DNA of 64,000 nt, from contig JAAYMV010000089.1 of the NCBI GenBank assembly GCA_012521185.1, positions 79,105 to 143,104 on the forward strand, written 5' to 3'. Positions within the stretch are counted from its first letter, which is position 1. Each line of letters starts with the position of its first letter. Below the pieces are notes generated by a model that saw only the letters and a list, made by a program, of their open reading frames with translations, did not search any database and was not told the DNA's origin. Shown piece after piece: positions 31,634 to 42,800 of the stretch. A program made the position numbers and the translations under genes. The DNA comes from Bacillota bacterium (GTDB lineage: Bacteria; Bacillota; Limnochordia; Darwinibacteriales; DTU012).

Positions 31634-32686
31634 CTACTCTACTATTTTCAGGTGAAGCTCTTTTACTAAGTCGACTTCTTTATAGCTGGTTATTCTATTG
31701 CCCTCTGCATCATACAATAGGCGAATTATTGGCCGATCCCGGGCAATTTGATTTACGTCAGCAACCATACCAACTTCACCTGTGTTTAAAGTAACCATGG
31801 AGCCTACTGGATAAGGAGCTACACTTTCAATAAAACGATCGGCAACCTCTGGATTAAACTGGATGCCACGTAGCCGATGGATTTCGTTTAATGCTTCCGC
31901 AGGTGTTAATCCTGGCCGATAAATCCGCTTTGAAGTCATTGCATCATAAGCATCAGCAACACAAACAATCTTAGCGTAGAGTTCCATTTGTTCATCTAGC
32001 AAGTTCCTTGGATAACCCTGTCCATTAGGTCGTTCATGATGTTGATAAGCCACATGTGCACTTAATAACGATAGCTCAGGATGATTTTTTAATAACTGCC
32101 ATCCATAAAAAGTATGTCTTCGCATTTCTTCCATTTGCTCTGTAGTCAATGGTCCTGGTTTAAGTAGAATTTGCTCAGGTACAACTATTTTCCCAATATC
32201 ATGTAAGATAGCTCCCATCGCTAAGTCGTAAAGTTCTAACTCATTTAACTGAAATTTCATCCCTAAAATAACAGACAGTACACAAACGTTTACTGAATGA
32301 GCAAAAGTGTAACCATCTAAACTTCGAATATCAGCTAAACTTACCAAAACATTAGGATTAAGAGCTATCTCATCTATTATATCCTTCACACTTGCCTGAA
32401 GCCCTTTTACTTCAAAAGTTTTTCCAATTTGAACAGATTCAAACACCTCATGAACGTGTTTAATGGCTCTTTGGCGAGTTTGAATGCTAATTGTTTCGGG
32501 AAATTCAATATCTAAGAGCTCCTGATCTGTAACATAAGCACCAGGAAAACCTAACTCCTTCAATCTATGAATATAATGTCCTGTTAAAATAACACCGGTA
32601 TTCAACAAAATTCGACCATCGTCTCCATATATAGGACGCGCTAAACACATATTGGCTTCTAGGTTATTCAGCGAAAGGAATCTCAT
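31634..32686 (-). CDS. HD-GYP domain protein (putative c-di-GMP phosphodiesterase)
   Basis: Motifs HSVNV..., HDIGK and HHERPNGQGYP are present. The start is probably the ATG at 32686 (MRFLSLNNLEANMCLARPIY), 6 nt after AGAGGTG, which overlaps the rnhB 3' end by 23 nt. Confidence 0.88.
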   Translation of the reverse strand: MRFLSLNNLEANMCLARPIYGDDGRILLNTGVILTGHYIHRLKELGFPGAYVTDQELLDIEFPETISIQTRQRAIKHVHEVFESVQIGKTFEVKGLQASVKDIIDEIALNPNVLVSLADIRSLDGYTFAHSVNVCVLSVILGMKFQLNELELYDLAMGAILHDIGKIVVPEQILLKPGPLTTEQMEEMRRHTFYGWQLLKNHPELSLLSAHVAYQHHERPNGQGYPRNLLDEQMELYAKIVCVADAYDAMTSKRIYRPGLTPAEALNEIHRLRGIQFNPEVADRFIESVAPYPVGSMVTLNTGEVGMVADVNQIARDRPIIRLLYDAEGNRITSYKEVDLVKELHLKIVE

Positions 32687-33290
32687 TGGCAACACCTCTT
32701 TTTACTCTGGCATAAGAAAAACGGTGAATCGGAGTAGGTCCTAAACTAGCTAAAGCCGACAAATGTTGTTTAGTCGGATAACCTTTATGCTGGGCAAACC
32801 CATAACCAGGATATTCGCGCTCATATTCGATCATTAAATTATCTCGATAAACTTTAGCAATTATGCTCGCTGCAGCGACTAAATAACAAGAAGAATCCCC
32901 TTTAACCACTGCCTGCTGGCTAATTTTTAATTCGGGGACTTGATGATTTCCGTCAATAATACAATAATCAACTGGTACCTTTTTCTCCAATTCAATAATT
33001 GCACGTTTCATAGCCAAAAAGGTTGCTTGAAGAATATTGATGCGATCAATTTCTGCTGGTGATGCCAAACCAATTCCTATCTTACCATGCTTTAATATTT
33101 CTTCGTAAGCTAGCATTCGTTGCTTAGGGTTGAGCTTTTTTGAATCGATTATTCCTTCCAACATAAAAGATTGTGGAAGACTGACTGCAGCTGCTACAAC
33201 AGGTCCAGCTAATGGGCCGCGACCGGCTTCGTCAACTCCTGCTATATAACGATAACCTTGCTTCGCTAAATCCATCTCTAAAGTTCGCAT
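32664..33290 (-). CDS. rnhB: Ribonuclease HII
   Basis: 208 aa (IAGVDEAGRGPLAGPVVAAAV...DSKKL...). Confidence 0.96.
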   Translation of the reverse strand: MRTLEMDLAKQGYRYIAGVDEAGRGPLAGPVVAAAVSLPQSFMLEGIIDSKKLNPKQRMLAYEEILKHGKIGIGLASPAEIDRINILQATFLAMKRAIIELEKKVPVDYCIIDGNHQVPELKISQQAVVKGDSSCYLVAAASIIAKVYRDNLMIEYEREYPGYGFAQHKGYPTKQHLSALASLGPTPIHRFSYARVKRGVANEIPFAE

Positions 33291-34099
33291 TAGTTACCTT
33301 CCTCAGGTAATTCTAAAGTTATTCTCCCTAACTTTCCAGTTCGAAAGTCATTTAAGACTAGAGCTGCTGCCTGCTCAGTGTTAATTACCCCTCCAGGCAG
33401 TAAACAACCACGAGCTTTACCAATTTCCTGTAAAAGATCATTTGCTGGACTTGATAAGTTATACCGCTCACTAACTGCCAACCAATAATTCTCAGTTAAA
33501 TACCCTAACAACCAATGCGCTAATTCTTGAACATCAACAACTTCATCTCGTATAGCATTAACCACTGCCAACTTCCTAGCGGTCTCTTGCTCCTCAAATT
33601 TCGGCCATAAAATACCAGGAGTATCTAATAAACGAAATCCACCAGCATTGATCCACTGCTTTCCTCTAGTCACTCCTGGTTTAGCTCCAGTTTTTGCACT
33701 ACCTCGTCCAACAAGTCGATTGATTAACGAGGACTTACCCACATTTGGCACCCCTACCACCAAAACCCTTGGTGGTCGACGTAAATTAGGAACAGCTGTT
33801 TTTATCATGTTTTTTAATTGAGAAATACCACGACCACTAGGAACATTTAAAACAACAACTCGTTCTTTCTTTTTACGCCAAAAATCCATCCATAATCCAG
33901 TGCATTTCGGATCTGCTAAATCTTCTTTAGTGATCGCTAACACTGTTGGCTTATGATGGATTTCAGCAAAATCAGGATTTCGACTACTTTGTGGTATTCG
34001 AGCATCAGCTAATTCTACCACAACATCAATTAATTTCAAATCTGCCTGGATTTGGCGTCTTGCTTTAACCATATGTCCAGGATACCATTGGATACTCAT
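33290..34099 (-). CDS. rbgA: Ribosome biogenesis GTPase A (YlqF)
   Basis: It begins MSIQWYPGHMVKARRQI and has circularly permuted GTPase motifs (NVGKSSLIN). The start is the ATG at 34099, 5 nt after GGAGG. Confidence 0.95.
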   Translation of the reverse strand: MSIQWYPGHMVKARRQIQADLKLIDVVVELADARIPQSSRNPDFAEIHHKPTVLAITKEDLADPKCTGLWMDFWRKKKERVVVLNVPSGRGISQLKNMIKTAVPNLRRPPRVLVVGVPNVGKSSLINRLVGRGSAKTGAKPGVTRGKQWINAGGFRLLDTPGILWPKFEEQETARKLAVVNAIRDEVVDVQELAHWLLGYLTENYWLAVSERYNLSSPANDLLQEIGKARGCLLPGGVINTEQAAALVLNDFRTGKLGRITLELPEEGN

Positions 34100-34116
34100 T
34101 TTATCCTCCAATATCG

Positions 34117-34662
34117 TTAACGTAAACTTTCAGGCACTCGAATAATTTTAATTGTATTTAAAGGCCAATAAACTACAACAGCACGGCCTAAAATCAAATT
34201 ACGGGGAACAAATCCAACATCTTGAAAGCGACTATCATCACTTTTCCTACGATTATCACCTAAGACAAAATAACTGTTTTCAGGCACGATTACTGGTCCA
34301 TAATCAGAAGCATAAGCACCATAGGTTGGTCCATTAATATAGGTTTCAACCAATCTTTCGCCATTAACATAGACATAGCCGCCTTTGATTAATATTTCAT
34401 CACCTGGAACGCCAATTACTCGTTTGATAAATTTACGCGAGGGATCTGTGGGATAGCGAAAAACTATAACATCACCTAACTTTGGTGAACCAAAACGATA
34501 AGAAAGCTTGTCAACAATTAGACGCTGACCATTGTGCAATGATGGTTCCATGGATGAACCTTGCACCATAAACGACTGGGCAATAAAAATAATTATAAAT
34601 AAGGCCAAAAGAACTGCAATTAAAAATGCTTCTATGTATTCCCTGATTTCAGTTTTCCCCAT
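34117..34662 (-). CDS. lepB: Signal peptidase I
   Basis: Catalytic motifs GSSMEPSL and KRVIG plus GDNRRKSDDSR are present. The start is uncertain: ATG 34662 is preferred, because the ATG at 34707 lies inside the upstream hairpin/U-tract. Confidence 0.9.
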   Translation of the reverse strand: MGKTEIREYIEAFLIAVLLALFIIIFIAQSFMVQGSSMEPSLHNGQRLIVDKLSYRFGSPKLGDVIVFRYPTDPSRKFIKRVIGVPGDEILIKGGYVYVNGERLVETYINGPTYGAYASDYGPVIVPENSYFVLGDNRRKSDDSRFQDVGFVPRNLILGRAVVVYWPLNTIKIIRVPESLR

Positions 34663-34689
34663 AGTAGACACCCCAATTAGTGTGATAAT

Positions 34690-34731
34690 CCCATAAGAAA
34701 AAACCATAGGGAGTGCAATTAATTCACTCCC
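34690..34731 (-). terminator. Possible attenuator/terminator hairpin after rplS
   Basis: Minus strand GGGAGUG-AAUUAAUUG-CACUCCC, then UAUGG and UUUUUUU. The U-run is offset 5 nt from the stem, so this is a weak call. Confidence 0.35.
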
Positions 34732-34741
34732 TTGATTATAA

Positions 34742-35086
34742 TTAACTTCTGCGTTCCTTAATTCGCGCGGCCTTTCCTGAACGCTCTCTTAAATAATATA
34801 AGCGAGCACGACGAACTTTTCCGCGACGAACTACTTCAATACGATCCACTCGTGGAGAGTGAATTGGAAAAGTACGTTCAACACCAACACCCTGCGAGAT
34901 CTTTCTTACAGTGAACATTTCACTGATCCCAGAACCCATCCGACGTAAAACTACGCCTTCAAAAAGCTGAATTCTTTCAGTTGTTCCTTCAACAACTTTT
35001 ACATGAACTCGCACAGTATCTCCAGCCCTAAAATCAGGCACATCTTTTTTCAATTGTTCTTTAGTAATCGCTTCAATCACATTCAT
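34742..35086 (-). CDS. rplS: 50S ribosomal protein L19
   Basis: It begins [34 protein letters not shown]. The start follows GAGGGGG with 7 nt spacing. Confidence 0.97.
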   Translation of the reverse strand: MNVIEAITKEQLKKDVPDFRAGDTVRVHVKVVEGTTERIQLFEGVVLRRMGSGISEMFTVRKISQGVGVERTFPIHSPRVDRIEVVRRGKVRRARLYYLRERSGKAARIKERRS

Positions 35087-35090
35087 GGTT

Positions 35091-35834
35091 TTACCCCCTC
35101 TCATCACTACATTCATTAACTATTTCAGCTAGCAACAACTTCTCCTCATCCGTTAGAGAACGTGTCTTTATTAAATCTGGTCGTCTATAGTATGTCCTAC
35201 GCAAAGACTCTTTCAACCGCCATCTTCGGATTTGTTCATGATGTCCACTTAAAAGAACATCAGGTACACTAAGTCCTCGGAAATTTGCAGGTCTAGTATA
35301 ATGAGGATGCTCTAACAGTCCATCATAAAAGGAATCATTTTTAGCAGACTGATCATCACCTAATACACCAGGCAACAGTCGCACTACAGCATCAATAACT
35401 ACCATAGCAGGCAATTCACCGCCTGTTAATACATAATCCCCGATGGAAAGCTCTAGATCAACCCAATTCTCCCTAACTCGTTCATCCAAACCTTCATAAT
35501 GTCCACATAATAAGATTAGTTCTTGCTCAGTAGAAAGAATCTTAGCCTGCTGTTGATTAAATGTTTGCCCTTGTGGTGTAAAGTAAATCACTGGTCCTTG
35601 GTTAAACCGTTTAACATATTCAATACTATCAACCACAACATCTGGCTTTAGTAGCATACCAGCGCCCCCACCATATGGCGTATCATCAACAACCCGATGT
35701 TTATCTTTGGCAAAATCTCTAATATTCCAAAAATGAAATTCTACCAAATTCCCAACTTGAGCTCGCCCTATAATGCTAGTCCCAAGTGTTTGGATAAACA
35801 TTTCTGGAAACAAAGTTAAAATATCTATCCTCAT
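35091..35834 (-). CDS. trmD: tRNA (guanine37-N1)-methyltransferase TrmD
   Basis: 247 aa ([13 protein letters not shown]...[15 protein letters not shown]...). Confidence 0.97.
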   Translation of the reverse strand: MRIDILTLFPEMFIQTLGTSIIGRAQVGNLVEFHFWNIRDFAKDKHRVVDDTPYGGGAGMLLKPDVVVDSIEYVKRFNQGPVIYFTPQGQTFNQQQAKILSTEQELILLCGHYEGLDERVRENWVDLELSIGDYVLTGGELPAMVVIDAVVRLLPGVLGDDQSAKNDSFYDGLLEHPHYTRPANFRGLSVPDVLLSGHHEQIRRWRLKESLRRTYYRRPDLIKTRSLTDEEKLLLAEIVNECSDERG

Positions 35835-35842
35835 TCTAAACC

Positions 35843-36376
35843 CTACTCTAATAAACCATCTAATAGATTAACCAAAATGGTCTGTTTTTCTAGATCAATA
35901 TCTAAAACCACTTCATCAATAACAGGAATTAAAATTTCTTTTAACTTGGTAATACCTGGTTCAGGCTTCACAACATAAACATCATTAGCTCCAGTTTTTA
36001 ACACCTCAGTAATTACACCTAAGAACAACTGATCAGTTGTATATACCTTCAAACCAAGTAACTCAAAGATGTAATTCTGACCTTCGGGTAAGGGAACTAC
36101 TTGATCAGTACCAACCTTGATCTCCATACCCCTTATTTTTTCCGCCTCAGTAATGTTGTCAACGCCTTCAAGCTTTAAGATCACAAAACTTTTGTGCAGG
36201 CGTGCCTTTTCCAGTTTAAATTTTAATTCGGGGTTATTGCTTCCAGGCTTAAATAATACGATTTCCTCCATGGTGGCAAATCGATCAGGAAAATCAGTAT
36301 GCGGTATTACGCGAATCTCCCCTTTGTTGCCCTGGGTAGCCACAACTTCACCAATTAGGATCCATTTAATCTCCAT
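35843..36376 (-). CDS. rimM: 16S rRNA processing protein RimM
   Basis: 177 aa with RimM and PRC-barrel domains, in the conserved position. Confidence 0.93.
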   Translation of the reverse strand: MEIKWILIGEVVATQGNKGEIRVIPHTDFPDRFATMEEIVLFKPGSNNPELKFKLEKARLHKSFVILKLEGVDNITEAEKIRGMEIKVGTDQVVPLPEGQNYIFELLGLKVYTTDQLFLGVITEVLKTGANDVYVVKPEPGITKLKEILIPVIDEVVLDIDLEKQTILVNLLDGLLE

Positions 36377-36388
36377 GGCAAAACCTCT

Positions 36389-36622
36389 TTATTGGTCGCT
36401 AATTTCTACTTGAACCATAATGCCTTCTTTAATTGCGGCAGCTTTTGTCAAGGTACGAATCGCTTTTGCAATCTTACCCTGTTTACCAATAATTCTACCC
36501 ATATCCTCTTCTGCCACCTTAATTTGAAAAACTGTTTCGTGGTCATTTTTTAACTCAGAAACAAATACTTCGTCAGGATTGGCAACCAAGGACTTAGCAA
36601 CATACGTGACTAATTCTCTCAC
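36389..36622 (-). CDS. khpA: KH-domain RNA-binding protein (YlqC/KhpA)
   Basis: 77 aa with the KH motif IGKQGKIAKAIRT, located between rpsP and rimM. Confidence 0.85.
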   Translation of the reverse strand: MRELVTYVAKSLVANPDEVFVSELKNDHETVFQIKVAEEDMGRIIGKQGKIAKAIRTLTKAAAIKEGIMVQVEISDQ

Positions 36623-36634
36623 AATAATTGCCCC

Positions 36635-36907
36635 CTATCCTTCATCTTGAACAGTGGCTTTGCTATCGTAAACTCCACTCTTTCTTAGAAGAGCTTTAGC
36701 AGTATCAGATGGCTGTGCTCCTTTTTCTAACCAACTTAATGCTTTTTCTCGATCGATTTTGATCTCAGCTGGCTCAGTGACGGGATTGTAGTATCCTAAT
36801 GTATCAATAAATCTTCCATCACGAGCAGCTCTAGAATCAGCAACAACTAAGCGATAAAAAGGACGCTTTTTAGCACCAACTCTTTTTAATCGAATACGAA
36901 CTGCCAT
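36635..36907 (-). CDS. rpsP: 30S ribosomal protein S16
   Basis: 90 aa ([34 protein letters not shown]). Confidence 0.98.
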   Translation of the reverse strand: MAVRIRLKRVGAKKRPFYRLVVADSRAARDGRFIDTLGYYNPVTEPAEIKIDREKALSWLEKGAQPSDTAKALLRKSGVYDSKATVQDEG

Positions 36908-36966
36908 ACTTTCACCTCCAAAGTGTTAGCTATCTATATAGTACTCTCTAACAAATAAAGAGAGGA

Positions 36967-38307
36967 CTAACGGAATAATGAAAACATTCTTTTACCTTTT
37001 TTGCCTTTCTTCTCAAAGGCAGCAAACTGCTTCATCATCTGCTTCGTCTGGTTAAATTGCTTTAAGAGACGATTAACATCTTGCACTCTAGTACCAGAAC
37101 CAGCAGCAATTCTCTTACGGCGAGATCCACCAATAATCTCAGGATTTCGTCGTTCGGCAATAGTCATCGAATTGATAATCGCTTCAATTTTTTTTAGATG
37201 ACTTTCATCAACTTCTAAGTTTTTCAACTGTTTCATATTGCCCATGCCAGGCATCATACCAAGCAATTGATCCAATGGTCCCATCTGCTTGACTTGCTCT
37301 AATTGTTCCTTAAAATCTTCTAGAGTAAAGCTATCAGTCATCATCTTTTCAGATAATGCTTTAGCTTTTTCAGCATCATAAGCAGCTTCCGCTTTTTCGA
37401 TTAGGCTGAGTACATCACCCATTCCTAAAATTCTAGATGCCATTCGATCAGGATGGAAGACCTCTAAGCCGTCCATTTTTTCGCTAAAGGTAGCAAATTT
37501 AATTGGCTTTCCGGTAACCGTCTTAATTGAAAGGGCTGCTCCGCCTCGAGCGTCTCCATCCATTTTAGTTAAGATAACACCATCGATACCTAAAGCTTCA
37601 TTAAAAGATTCGGCTACATTTACAGCCTCTTGCCCAGTCATGGAATCTACAATCAGCAATATTTCATGTGGGGAGACATTTTCCTTAATATCTTTTAGCT
37701 CTCCCATCAAACTCTCATCAATATGCAAACGACCTGCTGTATCTATAATGACAATATCATTATTATGCTCTTTAGCATGTGAGACAGCTGCCCGGGAAAT
37801 ATCAACTGGATTCTGTTCACCCATACTAAAAACAGGAACCTTGATTTGTTCGCCTAAAACCATTAACTGTTTAATGGCAGCCGGCCGATAAATGTCCGCA
37901 GCGACTAGTAAAGGACGATGACCCTGGCTGGCAAACATTTTTGCTAATTTAGCACTAGTAGTAGTTTTTCCAGCCCCTTGTAAACCTATCATCATAATCA
38001 CAGTTGGTGGTTTAGAAGCCAATGCAATTTTACTCTGAGTACCACCCATTAAGGCTGTTAGTTCTTCATTTACAATTTTGATTACTTGCTGTGCTGGAGA
38101 TAAGCTAGACATTACTTCTTGTCCGACAGCTCGCTCCCGCAGCTTAGCTGTAAAATCTTTGACAACTCTGTAGTTAACATCCGCTTCTAAAAGAGCTAGG
38201 CGAACTTCGCGTAAAGCTGCTTCCACATCTTTTTCAGTCAGCTTTCCACGACCTCTCAGTTTTTTCATAGTCTCTTGTAAGCGACTTGCCAAATTACTAA
38301 AAGGCAC
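36967..38307 (-). CDS. ffh: Signal recognition particle protein Ffh
   Basis: 446 aa with an NG domain (GLQGAGKTTT, DTAGR) and a Met-rich M domain. The start is GTG, 8 nt after AGGAGG. Confidence 0.97.
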   Translation of the reverse strand: MPFSNLASRLQETMKKLRGRGKLTEKDVEAALREVRLALLEADVNYRVVKDFTAKLRERAVGQEVMSSLSPAQQVIKIVNEELTALMGGTQSKIALASKPPTVIMMIGLQGAGKTTTSAKLAKMFASQGHRPLLVAADIYRPAAIKQLMVLGEQIKVPVFSMGEQNPVDISRAAVSHAKEHNNDIVIIDTAGRLHIDESLMGELKDIKENVSPHEILLIVDSMTGQEAVNVAESFNEALGIDGVILTKMDGDARGGAALSIKTVTGKPIKFATFSEKMDGLEVFHPDRMASRILGMGDVLSLIEKAEAAYDAEKAKALSEKMMTDSFTLEDFKEQLEQVKQMGPLDQLLGMMPGMGNMKQLKNLEVDESHLKKIEAIINSMTIAERRNPEIIGGSRRKRIAAGSGTRVQDVNRLLKQFNQTKQMMKQFAAFEKKGKKGKRMFSLFR

Positions 38308-38319
38308 TTTATCGGCCTC

Positions 38320-38685
38320 CTAACTTTCTGTAATGATCTTTTGAATATCCGCTTGAATCAAACTGATTTGTTCAGCTACTTCAGTTAAGTTACTAGTTAT
38401 CAATTGGTTTTTTATGTTTTCTAATTGCTTTTGGATATTCAAAAGAGCTGCTTGCTGCATTTTATGCTTTTCAACCAGTTTTAGCTTTGCTTCAAATTCT
38501 TCTAAGGTTGCACTAGAACGTTTTAAAACATCATAAACTGCTTGGCGACTAATATCTAGCTGTTCGCCAACTTCACTTAAACTTAAATCCTCACAAAAAT
38601 ACATTTGATAAATATCCTGTTGCCGCTCTGTTAAGAGCGGTCCATAGAAATCAAATAACAAATTCATTCGAATAGTTTTTTCCAT
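38320..38685 (-). CDS. ylxM: YlxM/p13-like putative DNA-binding protein (UPF0122)
   Basis: It begins MEKTIRMNLLFDFYGPLLTERQQDIYQMYFCEDLSLSEVGEQLDISRQAVYD. The track ORF over-extends across the promoter. Confidence 0.88.
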   Translation of the reverse strand: MEKTIRMNLLFDFYGPLLTERQQDIYQMYFCEDLSLSEVGEQLDISRQAVYDVLKRSSATLEEFEAKLKLVEKHKMQQAALLNIQKQLENIKNQLITSNLTEVAEQISLIQADIQKIITES

Positions 38686-38727
38686 TCGTTTTACCTCTGT
38701 TAAGCATATTAGCTTGACACCTTTTTT

Positions 38728-38756
38728 AGTATACATAAAGCATTTAACTCTGTCAA
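38728..38756 (-). promoter_or_regulatory. Sigma-A-type promoter of the ylxM-ffh operon
   Basis: Minus strand TTGACA (38756-38751), a 17 nt spacer and TATACT (38733-38728), about 40 nt upstream of the ylxM start. Confidence 0.65.
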
Positions 38757-38777
38757 GCAAAATTACTTGCCGTTTTA

Positions 38778-39791
38778 TTAATTAAATAATGCCTCTACAA
38801 ACTGTTCTGGATCGAAATCTTGTAAATCAGTATACTGTTCTCCTACTCCGATTAACTTGACTGGTAATTCTAATTCATTTGCTAAAGCTAAAATAATTCC
38901 ACCTTTAGCAGTGCCATCAAGTTTAGTTAGTACAATCCCTGTTAAAGGCACTGCTTCTTTAAATAATCTCGCTTGTGACAAAGCATTTTGTCCGGTAGTA
39001 GCATCAACAACTAAAAGAACTTCATCTAACTCATGCCCCAACTCTCTCACAACTACTCGGTGCACTTTACCTAATTCAGCCATCAAGTTAGTTTTTGTTT
39101 GTAGGCGACCAGCTGTGTCTAGAATCATAACATCAGCTTTTCTAGCTTTAGCTGCAGCTACAGTATCGTAGGCTACTGCTCCTGGATCAGAACCCTCTTG
39201 ATGAGCAACAATATCTACTCCTACTCGATTAGCCCATACCTGTAACTGATCAATCGCTGCTGCTCTAAAAGTATCGCCGGCACCTAACAAAACTTTAGCC
39301 TTTTCTTGTTTAAAACGATAAGCCAATTTGCCAATTGTTGTTGTTTTGCCAGCGCCATTAACGCCCACAACCATAATTGACGCAAGTCGATCAGTAGATA
39401 AGGTCAATGGCTTATAATGTGCTGTTAGTAAACTTACAATTTCTTCTTTTAACAAGCGTTGAATCTCGCCACCATCAGAAATACGTTCTTCTTCTACTCG
39501 TTGACGAATTTTATCTGTTAATAACATAGTAGTTTCGAAACCTACATCTGCTTGGATTAGTATTTCTTCTAAGTCTTCAAACAAGGCTTCATCAATTTTT
39601 CGCCCTTTTACTAGTTGTTCGACTTTTCCTACAAAACCGTCTTTGGTTTTTGTTAATCCTTGTTTCAAACGGTCGAAAAAACCAACTTTAACAGCGGAAG
39701 CCTCTTCCAAAGTATCCTCCCTTGCGGTTTGTTCTAGCTCGATATTTGCTCCTTCAGCTTGTTTTTTGCCTGAAAATATTTTTCGCCACAT
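38778..39791 (-). CDS. ftsY: SRP receptor FtsY
   Basis: 337 aa with an NG domain (GVNGAGKTTTIGKLA, DTAGRLQ). Confidence 0.97.
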   Translation of the reverse strand: MWRKIFSGKKQAEGANIELEQTAREDTLEEASAVKVGFFDRLKQGLTKTKDGFVGKVEQLVKGRKIDEALFEDLEEILIQADVGFETTMLLTDKIRQRVEEERISDGGEIQRLLKEEIVSLLTAHYKPLTLSTDRLASIMVVGVNGAGKTTTIGKLAYRFKQEKAKVLLGAGDTFRAAAIDQLQVWANRVGVDIVAHQEGSDPGAVAYDTVAAAKARKADVMILDTAGRLQTKTNLMAELGKVHRVVVRELGHELDEVLLVVDATTGQNALSQARLFKEAVPLTGIVLTKLDGTAKGGIILALANELELPVKLIGVGEQYTDLQDFDPEQFVEALFN

Positions 39792-39805
39792 ATTAGCACT
39801 CCTGT

Positions 39806-42800
39806 CTATGATAATTTTACTGATATTAGTTGAGAGGTAGCTGATTCACCCATGGTTACACCATATAAACGATCCGCTTTCTCCATTGTTGCTTGGCGGT
39901 GTGTAATAATCAAAAACTGTGTAGTCTTAGCAAAGCCTTGCAAAATATCAGCAAAGCGTTCTAAATTCGCTTCGTCTAAAGCAGCATCAACTTCATCTAA
40001 AATACAAAATGGTGTTGGTTTAACCCGGCGAATGGCTAATAACAGGGCAATCGCTGTTAATGAACGTTCACCACCAGACAACAAAGCCAAATTCTGTAAT
40101 TTTTTGCCAGGCGGTTGAGCAATAATCTCAATTCCAGTGTTTAAAGGATCTTCGGGATCTACTAAAATGATATCCGCCGCGCCACCTTCAAACAACTCGC
40201 CAAATACTAGTTTAAACTCCGCACGCAGCTGTTCATAAGTTTCCATAAATCTTTCTGCAGATACACTGTCCATTTCTTGAATTACATCCAACAAAGTTTG
40301 TTTCGCTTTTTTTACATCTTCTAATTGAGTTTGTAAGAAAAATGCTCGTTCTTTTACAGATTCATATTCCTGCAGCGAGCCAAGATTTACAATTCCTAAA
40401 AGTCTAATCTCATCTTTTAAGCGAGCAACTTCAGCTTGCAACTCTGTTTGTGATCTGCTAACTTCTCGCTCCACAACATTTTCCAATGTTTCTTGCCTTT
40501 CGCTTAAGGCTTCTGATATTCTTTGATACTCCAGATTTATACCATTTAGTTCTAATTCTACATTGTAAATTGCTTTGTCAATCTTACCTAAAGCTGATCT
40601 TAGCTTTTTCAATCGGTCGTTATTGATATCAATGTGTCCTTGCAAGCTTGCTCTCTGTTCACGTTCTTGATTAATTTGCTCCAAAGTTTTAGATTTAAGC
40701 TCTAAGAATTGTTGATGTTTTGCTTGATTAAGGGATAACTTATGGTTTAACTCCTGTTCTTGTTGGTGCAGCAAAGTGTATTCCTGTTTGGTTCTAGCTA
40801 ATAAATTGTTTGTATGTGTTAATTTCTCCGTGTCGTTTGCTAATTGCCACTCCAGCTCTTTCAATCCTGCATGTAAGCTAGTTAAGGCTACTTTTTCCTC
40901 GGTTAACTCTTTACTAGCCTCCTCAATAAAACTTTCTAGTCGAGTCAGCAGTTCTTCTAAATCGGCAATCTGCTGCCGCTTAGCTATCTCTTCATTTTCT
41001 AAATTTATAATATTCTTTTGTGCACTAGCTGATTGATCTTCTAATTCTTGAATGGTAGTTTCTAAATCATATAATTGAGTTTTTTTAGCTGCATAAAGTT
41101 CACTTAAGCGACGCTTTTCTGCTTGCAATTGCTCCAAATCACTTTGTGCTTTTTGCATTTCTAATCTCAACCGATATTCTTGCTCATTAGCCTGTTCCAA
41201 CCGGTTTTGGGCTTGGACAAGTTGCTCACTTTGAGCTATTTTTTCTGTATTAATTTGCGTAATTTGAGTTTGAATATCTGCTAATTGCAATTCTAAGCGG
41301 TGGATTTCAGTTTTGCGTTTTAATAAACCAGTTGTTTTGGGATTAATGCTGCCGCCAGTTAAAGAACCATTTGGCATTACTACATCACCAGCAACAGTTA
41401 CAATTCTACTAAAGCTAGGTACCATATTCTGCAACTTCAAGGCTGTATCCAAATCCTCAACAATGATGATCCTACCTAATAGTCCTTGAATAGCAGGTAA
41501 ATATAATGAATCGAATTCAATTAAATCAATGGCTGGACCTAAGCATTTAGGTATTTGCCAATACTTCTTATAATCCTCAGGAAAGGCTGTGGACTTAATT
41601 GTATCCAGTGGTAAAAAGGTTGCTCTTCCAGCTTTCTGCCGTTTTAACCACTCAATTGCTAATTTAGCATCGGTAGCAGTAGGAGTAATAATATTTTGCA
41701 GACCAAAGCCTAAGGCAATTTCAATAGCTGTTTCCAAACCAGGGGGAACTTTAATTACACTGCCAACTGTTCCATACAGCTTAATTCCAGGAATGGGCTG
41801 CTTTAATAATTGACGTACACTATAGCTATAGCCTTCATAATCATCTTCTAACTCTTGCAAAGCTGTTATTCTTGATTTCACCTGCTGATAAGTGGTTAAC
41901 AGTTTACCTTCCCGCGCTTCAATTTCCTGTAGTTTATTCGTCAGACTCTCTAGTAAACTGTTAATCATTTTTAGTTCTTGCTGATGCAGGTCAGTTCTTT
42001 GCATAATTTCTGCTAGTTGAGCTTCTTCTAACTGAATCTTACGCTGATTATCATCGATTTGATTTTGGAGTTGCTCAATCTCCTTAGTTAAATTAGCTAA
42101 TTGGTAATCCAAATTATTTCTTTGCTGCTGGTAATTGCGCCTGAAATTGCGAGCATCAGCTAATTCGCGAATAAACTCTAAAAAACTAGATTTCTTTTCT
42201 TCTAGCTCTATCCTTCTTTCCTGATACTCCAAACGCATTTTACTAAGACTAGCTTCATTGCTTTTTAACTTCTCTTTGGCAACTTGATACTCAGCTTGAG
42301 CAACTTCCAACTTAGTCTTAGCAGTCTGTAAAATTTCTTCTAATTTAGCTTTTTCCTGTTCATAGTCAACTTGATTTTTCTGTAAACTTTGTTTTTGATT
42401 ACTAATATGTTTTAATCGTTCCTCGGTTAGCTCGATATTACGGTTCGCCTGATTAATTTGATCATTTAATTCAATAACCTGCTCTTGCAAGTTATCCATC
42501 TCATATTCTGTTTTCCTTAATTGCTCCTGCTGCTGATTTAGCTCGACTTCAACATCCTGATATTGAGCAGCTAGCTTTTGACCTTCTTGCTGATTCTCGG
42601 TTAGTTGGTGATCAAGCCTGTCCTTTTTATCTACCAAGCCATTTAAAATTAAACTATATAAATCCAACTCTGCCTCAGATAAGGCATTAGCTAATCCTTG
42701 ATATTTCCTAGCTTTAGTGGCTTCTCTTTCTAATGGCCCTAATTGATTGTTTAACTCCGCTAAAATATCTTCAATTCGAACAATATCTTGTTCAGTCTGC

